Counted from the whole stretch's first letter, positions 1-14,331 are shown. The stretch is 63,371 nt of DNA, filler included, from Octopus bimaculoides (GCF_001194135.2; 4 parts of 4 records of this genome joined end to end with filler, not necessarily neighbours in it), one strand, 5' to 3'. Numbers and translations: made by a program. Notes: a model not told the origin generated them from the letters alone.

Positions 1-350
1 TTCCCTTCATGGAAGAATTAATAGTCAAGACTATTTAAGCATTTTATTTGATCAAATTCATCCTATGGTTGCGGAACTGTTTCCAGAGGGAAACGCAATC
101 TTTCAGGATGATAATGCACCAATTCACGCAGCCAAAGTTGTTACTGAATGGCACGAGGAACAGTCTAATGAAGTTGAACATCTTATCTGGCCACCACAGT
201 CCCCAGGTCTCAATATTATTGAACATCTATGGTGCATATTAGAAAAACAAGTAAGGAGTTGATATCCTCCATCATCATTACAAGAACTGGAGACTGTTTT
301 AGCTGAAGAATGGACAAAAATTCCTTTGGAAACGATTCAAACATATTGAT
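1..350 (+). mobile_element. Tc1-like DDE transposase, C-terminal fragment (decayed, runs off window start)
   Basis: ORF 65-262 reads ELFPEGNAIFQDDNAPIH...WPPQSPGLNIIEHLW, the Tc1 second-Asp and catalytic-Glu motifs. It continues past a stop as YPPSSLQELETVLAEEWTKIP. There are in-frame stops upstream and at 260-262. Confidence 0.9.
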
Positions 351-1019
351 ACACAAGCATGCAGTATACACACATGGTCGAATATACATGCTCAAATATG
401 TGTATAAATGCAATACGAAGAATCAGATTTTAATTCTAGATTATTATGAGGTAATTTTTTTCCTCTGCCTATAATTTTATAATGCCGTATAATTTTAGGG
501 ACGTCTAATATAGATATTTAGATGTTTATGTTTGTTAAAATAAACTGAAATAGGTTACACCAAAATTTGTAATTAGATTGCTAACGTGAGTCTTTTTCAA
601 ACGAATAAGGTGATAAATATGTAAATGACTGAATTTTACCGCATTCTAAAACACTGTTACTTATTCAACATGCAACACCGAGTTCTGCAAGATTTCACCT
701 CAAAAAATTTGTAAGTTCAAGCTTTACATGCGTGGCGCACTTGCCCACCTTTCTTCCTGTGATGACATTATTGCCCCAAGAAATAATTTACGTTGGTGCA
801 AGTTCACGTATTTGTAAAGAAGTGGTTATATAGTCGATGAAGTCGACGAAATTATTCTCTTGGTACTTCTCTTAACGACTTATAGAAAAGTAAGGAACAA
901 AAGTGGAAGTTGCTTCGGCATGATTTAAACCCAGATTTATAGGGATTAGTGTGAATACAGCAAGGTATTTAGTTTACCGCTCTACCATCATCATTCCACT
1001 GCTTTCTAGCCTAAAACTT

Positions 1020-1135
1020 TATAATAATTGTCTCTAACTTAGGCATAAAGCTCGCAGTTTTGAAAGGAGAACGTTAGTCAATGCCTTGGACCCCAGCCCT
1101 TGACTGTTACTTTATTTTACCGACTTCATTACATC
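1020..1135 (-). mobile_element. SINE type B 3' remnant
   Basis: Degenerate match (ttagtcaat...gaccccagc...acttttattttaccgac) to the better copy at 7308-7530. Confidence 0.5.
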
Positions 1136-1149
1136 ACTTATGCCCTAAA

Positions 1150-1790
1150 TATAGCGTACAAGATGAGCTTCTTCATTAGTCTGAGTAAAACTCAGATCCT
1201 GATTCAACCAACTCCAGGAAGGACCAGCTCTTGATTGCCTGCCTCTAACCTCGAAAGTAACCAACTCGATACTATCAAGAACTTTAGCTAACTGAAAAGC
1301 TAAATCTCGATTACCACTAACATCGTTTCCTAAGTTCATGCCTTTGGGTACCGTCGATTGCAAGCTTTTCAGAACCGAGACATCCGGACTGATGCGAATT
1401 TATTCACGTATGAATCAGTTCCTATTCCTGACCTTGTGCACTCATAAGAAATTTTAGTCATCTAACGTTGATGTCTTTCTAAAATTGGAATGCTTTAATT
1501 AGCGTTGCCTCAGGAATACCCTCAATATAGTTGGGCGGGGACTACAAAATGGATATAACATCCTCAAAAAGGTAGAAACCATCAGCGTCGAAGTAACCAA
1601 CAAAATGAACTGCCTTCGGTGTATAGAACATGTACTTCGAATGAAAGACCACCAACTTCCCAAGAAAAATCCCTACGTCCAGTTGTGACAAGGAAAACAA
1701 AGATGGAAAACTGCTGAAGCGCCTCGAGGACGTTCAGAAGGCAACACTTATCATCTGCCTTATCTGTCTCAGAACTTGAAAGCCTTCAGT
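1150..1790 (+). mobile_element. RTE-clade LINE, decayed 3' part of ORF2
   Basis: Manual + strand translation gives ISLSKTQILIQPTPG...LDTIKNFS*LKS and later LRCIEHVLRMKDHQLPKK...GKQ, matching RTE post-RT motifs (ISLxKTxVMxQPxPG; LRWxGHVxRMxDxRLPK). Many stops and frameshifts. Confidence 0.7.
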
Positions 1791-2964
1791 CTTGACATGA
1801 CAACCTTATCTTTTACCATTCATCAAGAAGTGGACCACTCTGAATTATCCTGTCAAAAGGATTGTGAAACCAGGAGTTAGAGAGAAAAACCGCGACTCCA
1901 ACTGTCGAAATTCGCTCTCCCTTCCGAACTAATCCCACCCAGTTTCAGGAGATTTCTAAGACTGGATTTAATACACCCACTTCATTGACACACCAGTAAT
2001 TCCTGATCTGGAAGACAATAATTCTCAATTTCAAGGGATTATAGTGATGTTGTTATTTAAATTATCCAGCATTCGAGGTATACTGATTTGTCATACAAAA
2101 CCAAAGTTGTTTTGAAAGAAGATAAAACTTGCAATGTTGTGCTAACAATAATAAATTGACGTGGATATGGTTTCATAAAAAGCAAATAACCGAACATCCC
2201 AGCAATGTATATCTTCCTTTGAGTTATAACTTTGTAGACAAAGAACTTTCCAACATGATCCATGTGAAAGAGGGAGTCCGCTAGAAGTACACGGAATACA
2301 AGTGAACATAAACGTATCTATATCTCAGCAGACAAAGGATATTGATGAAATATTAAGAGTGAAACTTAACTCATAACATCAGAAGAAATATTATCTGCTT
2401 CGATCTCACTACTCTTGGAGGCCCTCAAAGAGAATGGATACAGCTCCTACTTTCAGACCAAGACAAGGAAAACAATACAATTTTAGAACGGACTGTAGCT
2501 CAAAAATTACATTGCTATGGAGACTGCAATGATCTCTAGGTTGGATGATCTGGATATCATATCAAATATCTGTGAATATGAAGATATTTATGGTCAGCTT
2601 ATACAGAAACTGAACGTATTATAATCTGATTATAACTTCAAGTTCAGACTAATAATGGCCCACTTTGTTACATTTCTTAATATTTTATGCAGTAGTTTTG
2701 AGAAAGCTGGCATTTTAAAAAGAAAGAAGATTAACGACTGATCCGAATTCAACATAATATATTGATCAGTTGCAATACTAAAAATACGCAAAACTTACTC
2801 AATTTTCAAATTTTCCCTCAATAGCAACCGATACTTCGTATCTTGGAGGATGACTCAAGGCATTTCAATTAAATAATGAATGTATACTTTCGTCGATATT
2901 TAAAAGTATATATAAAAGTATTCACATATGTATACAGAAAATCTGTTATAGACTGACTTATAAC

Positions 2965-2980
2965 AGATAGATAGATAGAT

Positions 2981-3049
<69 letters not shown>
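2965..3049. repeat. (GATA)n microsatellite
   Basis: About 21 near-perfect units visible, followed by TA/CATA repeats to about 3160. Confidence 0.97.
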
Positions 3050-3086
3050 TACATTTACATATATGTGTGTGTGAATTTATATTCAT

Positions 3087-3128
<42 letters not shown>

Positions 3129-3642
3129 CATATATATACACATACATATGTACATACATACGCATATACATGAATGGATGGATTGATGGGTGCACGGTTG
3201 GGTGGATGGATGGACGAATACGTACACAGGCATATATTAATAGGCGTAAATGCAGATAGATATATAGATAAATTTTGCATATAAGAGAGAGTGTCAATTA
3301 ATTTACCGTCTATCATTTCTCTTGATTCAGCTACTTTCTCCTTTTCATTCTATTGTTTGCCTTTAACACTACGTTTACCGAAAAGAAAACGAAATAATAT
3401 AAGAAATAAAAAGCTACTTTATGAAGCTAATGAAGAGAGCGGAGAAAAGAGGAAGATAGGAGAGAGAAAGAGAAAATTGAGAACAATTCGAAACGCTAAC
3501 AATAAAAGGCGCCGGAATTTATAACCGGTAAGTTATTTTCGTGTCAGTTTTATTCACGTTTTTAACAACGAATATTCTTTCATAATGATTTACCCAATTT
3601 ATCCCTGTTGTTAACTCTTTAAAGACTATTTTCTAAACACAA

Positions 3643-3644
<2 letters not shown>

Positions 3645-3684
<40 letters not shown>

Positions 3685-3716
3685 NNNNNNNNNNCACACA
3701 CACACACACACACACC
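3645..3716. repeat. (CA)n microsatellite interrupted by an N gap
   Basis: Visible directly. Representative of many CA/TA/TATG arrays (about 8020, 8210, 8960, 10370, 10720, 12510, 13580, 23800, 54360, 59390). Confidence 0.97.
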
Positions 3717-6700
3717 ATACACATGCACACGCTCGCGCGCACACACACAATTTTACTGTCACTACATATCTCGAAATTCTTTTTCTTCTCATTCTCAACG
3801 TATTTAACTCAAGTACTCCCAGTATTTGTTATTGTATTTTCCTTCGTGCATTTTCTGCATCGATTCAATTGTTATTTATTGTATTTTCTTCGTGCGAAAC
3901 TATATACGCGGAATGAAGAGAAAATCTTTTGTCGCCATAATACTTCCCATGTTTATGGATAGAATATCCATGAACACTGTGGATGAAATTCAGAAGAAAG
4001 AACCAAACTCAAATGTAAAATGTAGCGTTATATCTTTAAAGGGTCATTTTGCCAATAAGAAAGACGTGCACTGGTTCTTTTTCACTTCTTTTTATTATTA
4101 TTAGTCAATTCGACAATAACTTAACTGACTGACGTCTTGATTAAGCGATCAATCACTCTATCGATAAGCTGGTCTGTTAAAACCAGCGTCCGTTCGTCGT
4201 CATTTACGACCTCATTAATGACATGCTCTCGTTTCTTCAGGACTTAGATAAACCAGCTGATTAAGCGAATGACGAAATACTCTTGCTAAAAGCAGTCTTA
4301 ATCCCTTAATGCCTTTAGCGGAACCACTTTGTTGTATGTATCTGAATAAGGTTTCCTTTTTGAAGGTAACTTTACTTCTTTACACATTTCTTTCTCTATC
4401 TAACCCATATAAAAACAAATAGTCTTTTTAAAGGTGGGTCAGTAGCAGTGCATCTCAAAGTTTACAACCCTGCTCGTTAACTAGTTCAGTAAATGTAACT
4501 TTAGTCTAATTGGATGTGTTGAGTTGTCAACATTTTTCGTTTGGAAAATAAACTACCATTATCATCAAACGTATGTTTGATAATCATGTCGGCTTCCTTT
4601 CTGTAATATGGGTTTTAATGTTCGTCCACTTATATACTGTCTCTCATCAGTAATATTCCTGAACGTTTGTACAAGGTTCTTCTTGACACCTAATGAAATA
4701 TACGTTTTTTCGAGGAGGTGGGTCAGCTGATTCGATGACTTTATTATATAAATCTTACAAGTTTTTTTTTCTGTATGCTTCTGTTAAAAAAAGATATGCA
4801 TCAAACAGAATAATACAGTTAATACTTGTTCATGTGTATTCGTCTATTTTTGTGTCATGCTTAAGAAAGAATAGTTAGTTTAAAGATTGTTTCATATTCA
4901 TGAAAATGTTTTATGTTATCCGAAATATTTTCTCTAATAATATTGTATGCACTACCTTATCTTGTATCGCAACCAAAATTCAGTTCACAACATAACGAAC
5001 AAAAAGTCAATCAGTCTTGCAATTGTAATGGCTTAATCTCTCTACAAACAAATCTATGCTGCCTTAAAATCAGAGATCACATGTCCAAATCCTAATTTCA
5101 AAAGACATGTTCAAAGACAAGATGTCCAGTGTCATACAAACCAAATTCAATAACAAAGGAGTGAATGAATGCATTTTGCTCCAACAAGAATATATTGTGA
5201 ATAATTCCTCAATAGACTAACATACTGAGATAGATGGACAAAAACGTATTGCATATTTTGTTTATGATTTACTTTGAAGATTCAATCGGTTCTGTCTGTG
5301 TCACAGGTCAGCTCAAGCTAGGTTATCTAAAGCTTTGTAACTATAATAGCTGCATGACTAAGAATAATAACCACCAGAATGAGTCATCGAATATCTGCCT
5401 ATTTATGATTGTATCAATACGCACAGAAGTTAAACCCTTTTTCTCCTCTCAACGCTTTTCTTCTACCAGTTCCTGTTCTACAGCAAATTAAAATAAGGTT
5501 CAAATAACTCGATTTTCTTCATATTTCATATTTCTAACGATATAAATGAAACGGATATATTTTCAAATGACGGTTTCATTTAGTGTTTTATGTAACTCTT
5601 GCTGCATGAAACTTCGTCTTAAATTATTATTCTTTGTGTGGGTGTGCCGACTAGTCATTAGTAAAACTTTTCAATCGGACAGTAGAAGATTTATTGTCGT
5701 TTTCACTCAAATAATCTTTAATTTGATGGTTAATTTGTATGAGAATCCTGATCAAAGTTTTATTTCCAATTTGGCAGTCCAATACTCTATAACTTTCTGT
5801 TTATTCGACTGCCTACCTTGAAACCTGACAACTTAAGTGTCTACCTAAATTTCTTTCTATCACTCAAACACATCACATATACAGACATGTATGTATATAG
5901 ATATACAAGTGTACTTATCTTGCATTTGAAACATCACATATCTGCCTAGATAGTTAACTTTATATACGTCACAGTAATCTGTAATCTTAACTGTTAAAGC
6001 TATCTTGTAGACGGATATTAATACAGACAGTTAAGACCTTCTTCTTAAACGAATATTTCAGACATTCTGAACATTTATCAATTACAACTCATTACTTCTG
6101 AAGTCTGAAAGCGTTATTTGTAACAATTTTGTTTCACTCTTTTTTTTTTGTCGATATACCTCAGGTAGTATACATAATTTTACCGTAGTTAAAGTTTCGA
6201 AACTATTTACCACTTATTTCTAGTGATCCCAGAATCACACGCGTTCTGTTTCAATGTATAAGACAAAGGATATGTGTTTTATAATTTTTTTCATATATTA
6301 AAACTTTGATGATACCTAGTTTTGGAGGTGTCAGGTATTTTGCAGACTTCTAGGACATCCTTTATCAGTGTAAAAACTATTTTGAATAGGACGATGAATA
6401 TGATTATTATTGTATTACATAATCATCTAATAAATATTCATCAAACTTGCTATAAAAAAACATGATCACGTATCATATATTAGAAATCTTCCTCAATCTA
6501 TTTGCATTTTCTATAATTGATACATAATGGCCCCACCAGAGAATGTGGAAGCAGCGCCCATAATAACTTTCGAACTCCTGCGACTAGCTGGGGAAGTTAT
6601 CTTAAATATCAGTGGCCTGGCTTGAATGATTGCAACGTAGTAGTCTCTTCTAAAGGCCCCCAATGACTAAGTAATGGTGTTAAAATAGCTGAGAAATTAA

Positions 6701-6734
6701 ATCTGCCATCCAAGAGCAAAATCATCTTCTTCGA

Positions 6735-6850
6735 TAAGATTCGACACAGTTTCTGTCAACCAATTCTTCTAACATGGCTTTGGTTGATCCGAAGCTATGG
6801 AACAAGGTGATGCTCAAAGTGCGATTAGTGAAATCGAAACCGAAACCACA
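6735..6850 (-). mobile_element. SINE type A 5'/core remnant
   Basis: cagtttctgtcaaccaattc...ggctttggttgatccgaagctat...gaaaccaca is a degenerate reverse complement of the core at 33613-33665. Confidence 0.45.
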
Positions 6851-7307
6851 TAGCTATTCTTAACCTCAGAATCATACGTTGTTTACATCAGTATGGAATC
6901 TAGGTCCATTTTTAAGGGATAGAAAAGAGAAGGCCATGATTTCATACTGTGTTTGAATATACTAATGGAAATATTTGGAATACTTTCGATTGAAAATTGA
7001 TATAATGACAATAGTAACTTTAAATCGTGAGAAATATTAATAATTTCCCTGAAGCTAAACATAGACGACTGAACTGATTCCTGGGAAATGCCTAGTACTT
7101 ATTTAATCAAACCTGAAGAGATCGGTAATCTAAGTTATAGGAAATAGAGAAAGGTATGTTGAGGATGAAAGTTATGACATTAATTATAATAATAGAGATT
7201 ACAATAATTATGTATATTTAATATACCAAGGTAATGTCTTTGTAAAAGACTACCCATAGTTAGTTACATAAAGGTTGCTCACTTTAGGGCTATACACTTG
7301 TTAATAA

Positions 7308-7530
7308 TAATCCTTTCTACTATTGGCATAAGGCTTGAAATTTTAAACGAGGGAGCTAGTCGATCACATTGACCCCAGTGCTCAACTGGTACATATTTTA
7401 TTGATGCCGAAAGGATGAAAGGCGAAGTCAGCGACGCCGGCATTTGAACTCAGAACGTAAAACCGAAAGAAATGAATAACGCTGATGATTTTGTCCGGCA
7501 CGGTGACGAGTTTGCCTGCGCGCCACCTTC
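7308..7530 (-). mobile_element. tRNA-derived SINE type B, near full length
   Basis: Minus strand: tRNA-like head, B-box GAGTTCAAAT, central gacttcgcctttcatcctttcggcatcaataaaatatgtaccag, and an (att)n tail. Homologous to the copies at 60604-60980. Confidence 0.85.
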
Positions 7531-8013
7531 TAATTGTATAATAATATCCTCCAAACACTTGACCAGAATTAATGTTTAATGTTTATTTTATGAAGTATAA
7601 TATCTTTTGAACACATCACAGTACATTCAACAAAATCTAAACTTTGCAGTACTCACTTTTCCAGCTTGAGGTAGAAAGGGTTACAGTTCGCATTAATCCA
7701 ACTTGATGGTTTTATCAGCTGTCTCCGATTAAATCCTGCAACGTACGATAAAAGAATTACAATTCAGGTCGTAAATCAGGTTTCGATAACGATTTCATTT
7801 GTTTAACTTAATATTTGACAGTTGATTTTTCATCTATTCTCCAATATTATGTCTCTTTTAAATACTTGCGTATAAAGTCAAATGCTTTTATGAATCTGTT
7901 GTATGCAACGTATCTGTGTAGAAATGTGTCGTACAGTATTATACATTAACACACTTACATGCATACATACTCATTTTTATACATATATGCACAAGTGTAT
8001 ACATACGCACACG

Positions 8014-8050
<37 letters not shown>

Positions 8051-8956
8051 GTCTACAAACATATACACATGTATACCTACTTATATGTATGCGTGCACTT
8101 CGACAGACAAAAATATTAAATCATAATGAAATGTATTTATCTGTCAGTCTAGAAATCTTGATATGTCTATATGCCTATCTATGACTCTCTTCTTATATGT
8201 ATAGAAGCGCACGCACGCACACACACAACACACACACACACACACACACACATACACACACACACACACACACACAAACACACACCCACACACACACACA
8301 CACACACACACATACATTTACATGCATGTATGTATGCATATATATTTATAGAAGTTGGATGGCATTGCCAGAGACAAATGTATTACGAAAAAGCGCAACT
8401 GCTCTCATGGCGCCGAAATGCCAGTCAATTGCATGCCAAAATCTAATGTATGAAATGAAAACAACCTGTCTCATTCTAATCCTCTAAGATCACTACGATA
8501 ATAACCATGATTATTACAGTTAAACAAAGCAGTTGAGAATAAATGAGCAGCATGACGTGTTGGGCAGTTCTAACCAATAAAACCTTGTTGTCAGGGGTGC
8601 AAACGCTTGAGGAAAATTTAATAGAAATCTGATTGAATCGCCTTCCTTGGATACATGTACAGTTACAGCCTCACAAATTTTTGTCTTTCTATCTTTCTTT
8701 CGATGGTTTTCTTTTTCCATGGTTTTCTGTGACCTTTCTTATTGAGTCTGCTATATAGTAGGGCAAACAAGGTTCCACCAATGTATTTTACTAGTAATGA
8801 CTGAAGAGAAGTGTATCTACGTAATAATTCCTCGGGTAACCTTTTCAAACATCCCTATTAAATGCATTCGAAAAATCAGTAATTGGTTTTCTGATTATTC
8901 TAATATATGCATACATATATCTATATCTATCTGTGTGTGTGCGCGCGTACGTATAC

Positions 8957-9002
<46 letters not shown>

Positions 9003-9341
9003 TTATATGTATGTATGTATGTATGTATGTGTGTATGTATGTATATATACGCGTGTGGTCTCTCTGTACAATTTAGCATGTTAAATGCATTACTTGTGAG
9101 ATAGAGGCAATTGGTTGTTCTTTAAGTATAAGAGATATCCATCATCGGAGAATCAGCGTCATCGATTTGGAATGGTAAAGAATCGGGAGTTATGACTTAC
9201 ACCCAAATCATTTCCATCCGAAATCAATAAGGCTGATCTTCCATAGATCAGAATTGGAAGCGCTGAAGCGGATTACTGCAACCAGGAACATAATCTCAGC
9301 TGCAGTCTAGATTCGACAAGAGCTTACTACCTACAGCAGTC

Positions 9342-9374
<33 letters not shown>

Positions 9375-9429
9375 TAAATATATACATATATACATTCACA
9401 CCCACGCGTACATACATATATTGTATTAG

Positions 9430-9700
9430 AAGCAATCTGTCGGTTACGACGACGCGGGTCCCAGCTGATACGATCAACGGAAAAGCATGTTCGTGAAATT
9501 AACGTGCAAGTGGCTGAACACTCCACAGACAAGTGTACCTTTAACGCAGAGTTCAGGAAGATTCAGCGTGACAAGGCTGGCCCTTTGAAATACAGGTACT
9601 ACTCATTTTTGCCAGCTGTGTGGACTGGAGCCGGGAATCGAACGCACAACGTTACGATCGTGAGTCGAATGCCCTAACCACTGAGCCACGCGGCTTCACT
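9430..9700 (-). mobile_element. tRNA-derived SINE type C (internally deleted)
   Basis: A-box TGGCTCAGTGG (9678-9688, minus) and B-box GTTCGATTCC (9634-9643, minus). The 3' 170 bp match 17906-18085. Confidence 0.9.
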
Positions 9701-10388
9701 ACATTGGGTGGCGTTCAATTATTAAATAAAAATGAAGAAATACATATTAAATACAGGACATCAACGAGCGAAAAATACGTAAAGACATGACGAAAGACAA
9801 GTACGGGACAAAATACCAAAAGAAGTCTAACTCTGCCTCGTTGAATATATACATGCATATTCATAAACGTATTTATATATACATTCACACCCATACCTAC
9901 ATACATATATTTTACATAATGTGCATATATGGGGATTTTAATAAAAAATAGAGAAAATGTACATTGAATATAAAAAAATAAAGGCTTTTTTTATGAAAAG
10001 TAGCAATAAATAAATACAATTAGTTGAACTGAGGTAGAATTAAGAGGAATTAAATTCATTATTTTTAATTATTAAAGAGATTCAAAGTTAAACCGGTATC
10101 GTCATTGCTGTTCACTGGCTTTGAACGCGCACCGATTATCAAACACTGTAGGGTCTACTAGTCCCTGAGTAATCATTGAAAAAAATATTAACCAACACAA
10201 GATTTTATCCATTAACAACGGAACCAAAAGTGAAAAAATGCGGTCGGCCTAACTGTGGCACATGACCCCACCTTTTGGAGGGTACAGAATTCCACTTTAA
10301 ACAAGGTAAAATATTTAAGATTAAATCAAATTTCACCTGTGCCTCGGAAAAACTAATACATACATACATACATACATACATACATAAA

Positions 10389-10420
<32 letters not shown>

Positions 10421-10712
10421 CATGCACGAATATATATATATACATATATATATACATATACATAGACATATACATTATTAATATACACACACACTCAAAG
10501 ATATCTATACATGTACATGTTCATATTTGTGCACACATACATAAGTACACATGATTTTTTTTTTAATTAATTAATATAATTAAAGATTCATCTCTATGGT
10601 TAAATAAATTTAGAAGGTTTTTGTCATTTTAGCCACTACTCTTGATTTTTGTCCGAGTGTTTTTCCTTCGGTCTGCAAAAATGGAATTTTAAAAAAGCAT
10701 TAAAAAAGCATT

Positions 10713-10761
<49 letters not shown>

Positions 10762-11550
10762 GTATATGTGTGTGAGTGTGTGCGTGTGCGTGCGTGTGTG
10801 TGTGTGTGTGTATGTGTGTGTGTATGTATCTGTGTCTGTGTCTGTGTGTGTATTCGTGCGTATGTCTGTGTGTGTATTTGTGTGTTGTGTGTGTATGCAT
10901 GTTAGGTGGTATAGCAGTGCAATGTAAAAGTGGTTTTCGCAAGTCAATCAAAAATTGACATCACTTGGTAATCAACTACTTTCAAAGAATTCTAATTCCT
11001 CCTTTAATTTCTTTTATTCACCTTCGAAACCTCGAACAAAACATTTTCCCTCTCGTCCATTCATCCCTTTTCTTTTAGTCTGTCTCTTTCTCTCGTGACA
11101 GTCGATACTTCTATGGAAATTATTACCCTAGCAATCACCCGTGCTCTTTTGCACAGAAACAGACGACGCATTCTAAGACAAAAATCAATATATTTGTTTT
11201 CCAAAGTAACCTTAACATATCAGAACTTTCCATTGAGATTATTTCTTCTAAATAGTTATCAGTTTGTTTAATGATAGATTGATGTATTTTTGATGTGTGT
11301 TTAACTATGTGTTTTCTTAGGCGTACTTATTTGTTGTATCCAATTTATTTATATTTGAATGTATCTTCACCATCGTATATGATTGAACAAGACATCTGTG
11401 AAACTTGATCGAGAAAATTGTGAGGGTTTGTATTTCTTTAACTTCAGAATTGCACCTCATAATGCAGCAAGGCGCAACCGTGGTGTCAGTAATCATAACT
11501 CACAACGAAAACTTCACTTGCTTATAACATATGTGTAAATCTGTTGCTGT

Positions 11551-11797
11551 TTTGTAGCACATTGAGAAAACTGTTATATGGCATTTATAAACAACGTGCC
11601 TATGTCTCCATCGATAGTTTAGAATTCAAGCAACATATAACTATGTATTTATACATATGTGTATATAGCCATGGACAGTGAATTTATCGAGGTTGTGTAG
11701 TACATTGAGAAAACTGTTACACGGTATGTCACAACAACGTGCTTATGTCTCCACCGATAGTTGAGGATTCAAGCAACATATAACTATGTATTTATAA
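11551..11797. repeat. Local tandem duplication, period about 143 bp
   Basis: tgtag(c/t)acattgagaaaactgtta...caagcaacatataactatgtatttata occurs at 11553 and 11696, roughly 85% identical by eye. Confidence 0.9.
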
Positions 11798-12505
11798 ACA
11801 ACCCTACACAGAGACCACATCGCGCCTACTTCCCCCACAAATACGCGCGCGCATGCAACATTATTCCCAAAGTCTCCTTCCCTACTCGACATGTCTTATC
11901 ACCATGTACACACAGACATTAAATGCAAGCATTTCGCCACACACTTCTAACAAGAACACTGATTCTGACATCTTTTCATTACAACCAAATACATTTCAAA
12001 TTTAGTTACTACCCTCATCGAATACTTTAATTTTATCACTGTACTGATCTGCCTCACACAACGTGTCCCATTCACAAAGTGGCAACTCTTTACTTCTACC
12101 AATCTCATTCCAAAGTAATGAAAATACATATAACAAGTTATCTTCACATTAGCGCACTGTTCACTCTAACGTATTTGTGAGAGTGCGGCTGCAGACCAAA
12201 ATCATTCAAAGGAAAGCCTCCACTAAACCATACAATCCATTAACACGATTCACCCAACGATACACAATTCTTTCTTTTGCTCTCTCATTTACTCTTTCTC
12301 CCCCTCTCACAGTCTCTCTCCTTCTCTCCCTCCCCCCTCTCTCTCTCTTTTTCCCTTTTTCATTTTCTACAACGATATTGCTCATATGCTCTTGATAACT
12401 GCGGACACTCCTGTAAAATTCAACCGATGAATCCACCTCTTCTCTTCTTATTCATATTGCATTTCACTTTTTGGACCCTTATACTTAACACGTAACTTAG
12501 CAAAA

Positions 12506-12553
<48 letters not shown>

Positions 12554-12769
12554 CACTTAGTATGCTTAAGTATACTGAACTATTGTTTGATCATTAGTAT
12601 TATTTTATATTACGAGTGAAATAATATCTTAATAAAATGTTTAAGTATTATAACTGAACTATGCAGTAATCTACATTTATAATCATTGTACTCCCTCCTC
12701 GTGCGACAGGCTAAATTGGAATCTGAAAAATGATTAGAATACCCTAAAACCACAAGTTCTGTTTCGAGA

Positions 12770-12808
12770 CGCATTTGCCAACGCATTTGCCAACGCATTT
12801 GCCAACGC
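12770..12808. repeat. 12-bp tandem repeat (cgcatttgccaa) x3
   Basis: Visible directly. Confidence 0.95.
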
Positions 12809-13576
12809 CATTGTAGGGCCATGACCTCACGGTTAAGTACGCTTCAAAACAAACCAGCGAAACAGCTTTTACCGGGTAGTCGATCCACTATAAAGAGAAG
12901 GGCAAATACTTTCAGTCTATCTTAAACAAAGATACATTAGGAAATGGGGTCCCTGATGTACAAACAGTCTATGTGGTCAGGATTAAAGCACTTTTGAGCA
13001 TAGGTCTGCTTGATCAAGGCTGACATGGGTCAGAAATATAACATGAATTAATTATATTAATAGATTTCACATAGGATATATGCTTCCACATATTGAACTG
13101 TTAGTGAAATAATATTAGTTTCTATCTGACCAGGAACAAATGTCACCGACCAATGTTCATTTCCTTACCCAAGAGACGGTTCCGTTTCAAAATATGTTAT
13201 TACATAAAAGATATAAAGTTTGAAATATTTCTGGCACTAATCAGTCTGAAGTAAAATTTTACTATTTATAAAATGTTACTTGTATCATTCTATTTTGAGT
13301 CATACATTTTTGACTGCTGCATATGTTACTATTTATCATTGAAATGTACTTAACTGTTAATAAACAATTAAATCTTGTTTCCATTCAAGGGCATGATTCA
13401 ACTATTCAAGCGAGTAGCTTCGGCCTTAACAAATGCGACTCACCAGACTAACACACATACAGAGATTATGAAACGTTAAGAGGGTATGAGTCAATCAGAA
13501 GAATAAAGGTTATATCAGAACATTTGTGTGAATAAGCAACAACAGTGTATGATATCTGATCATGTTAGCGTTTCTC

Positions 13577-13622
<46 letters not shown>

Positions 13623-14087
13623 TCACGTCTTTATATCTATCTTTCGTTACGTTTTGCTGCACCTTTCACCTTTTCTGAACATTGTCTCTCAATGAAAAGC
13701 AATCATAAGCTTCATAATTATTTCTTTTTTTTTTTTGACAGATTCCAGCTTCGATGATTGCAGCAAAGAAATTCGAGATATGCTGTTACTTTCTTGCAAC
13801 ACTCTTGTACTGCTGCTGCTAATGATGATGATGATGATGATGGAAGTGTTAATGGTGGTGTGGGAGGAGGAAGAAGTGTAAGGGTAAAGGAGGTGGAGGT
13901 GGAGGACCAAGGGAAGAGAATTTTTTGTGGTGGAATAGGTGATGGTGGTGGAGAAGGAGGTAGTGGTAGTATCGGTGATTGGGGTGATATTGAAGCCTTA
14001 TTTCTGTAGTTGTGATAGTGGTGGTGGGTGTGGTGCTTACGGTGATAATGATGATGATGTTTGTTTCCTTTTTCTTTTTTCTTTTCT

Positions 14088-14278
14088 TTTTACTTGCGCC
14101 AGTAGACTGTTGCCATGCTGGAGCATGGCTTTGAAGAATTTTTAGTCTGGTACTTATTCTATCGATCTCTTTTGCAGAACTGGGTTTTCACGGTGACATA
14201 AACAAACCAATACCGTTCGTCAAGCGGTAGTGGGGGACAAGAAAATAGATAGAAACACGCACGCACACACACACACAG

Positions 14279-14331
<53 letters not shown>

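Noticed and set aside
1145-1363. 72-aa minus-strand ORF that looks protein-like
   Set aside because: It is the antisense shadow of the + strand RTE fragment.
13689-14145. Low-complexity D/G/V-rich ORFs
   Set aside because: These derive from degenerate GAT/GGT trinucleotide repeats, with no splice or homology support.
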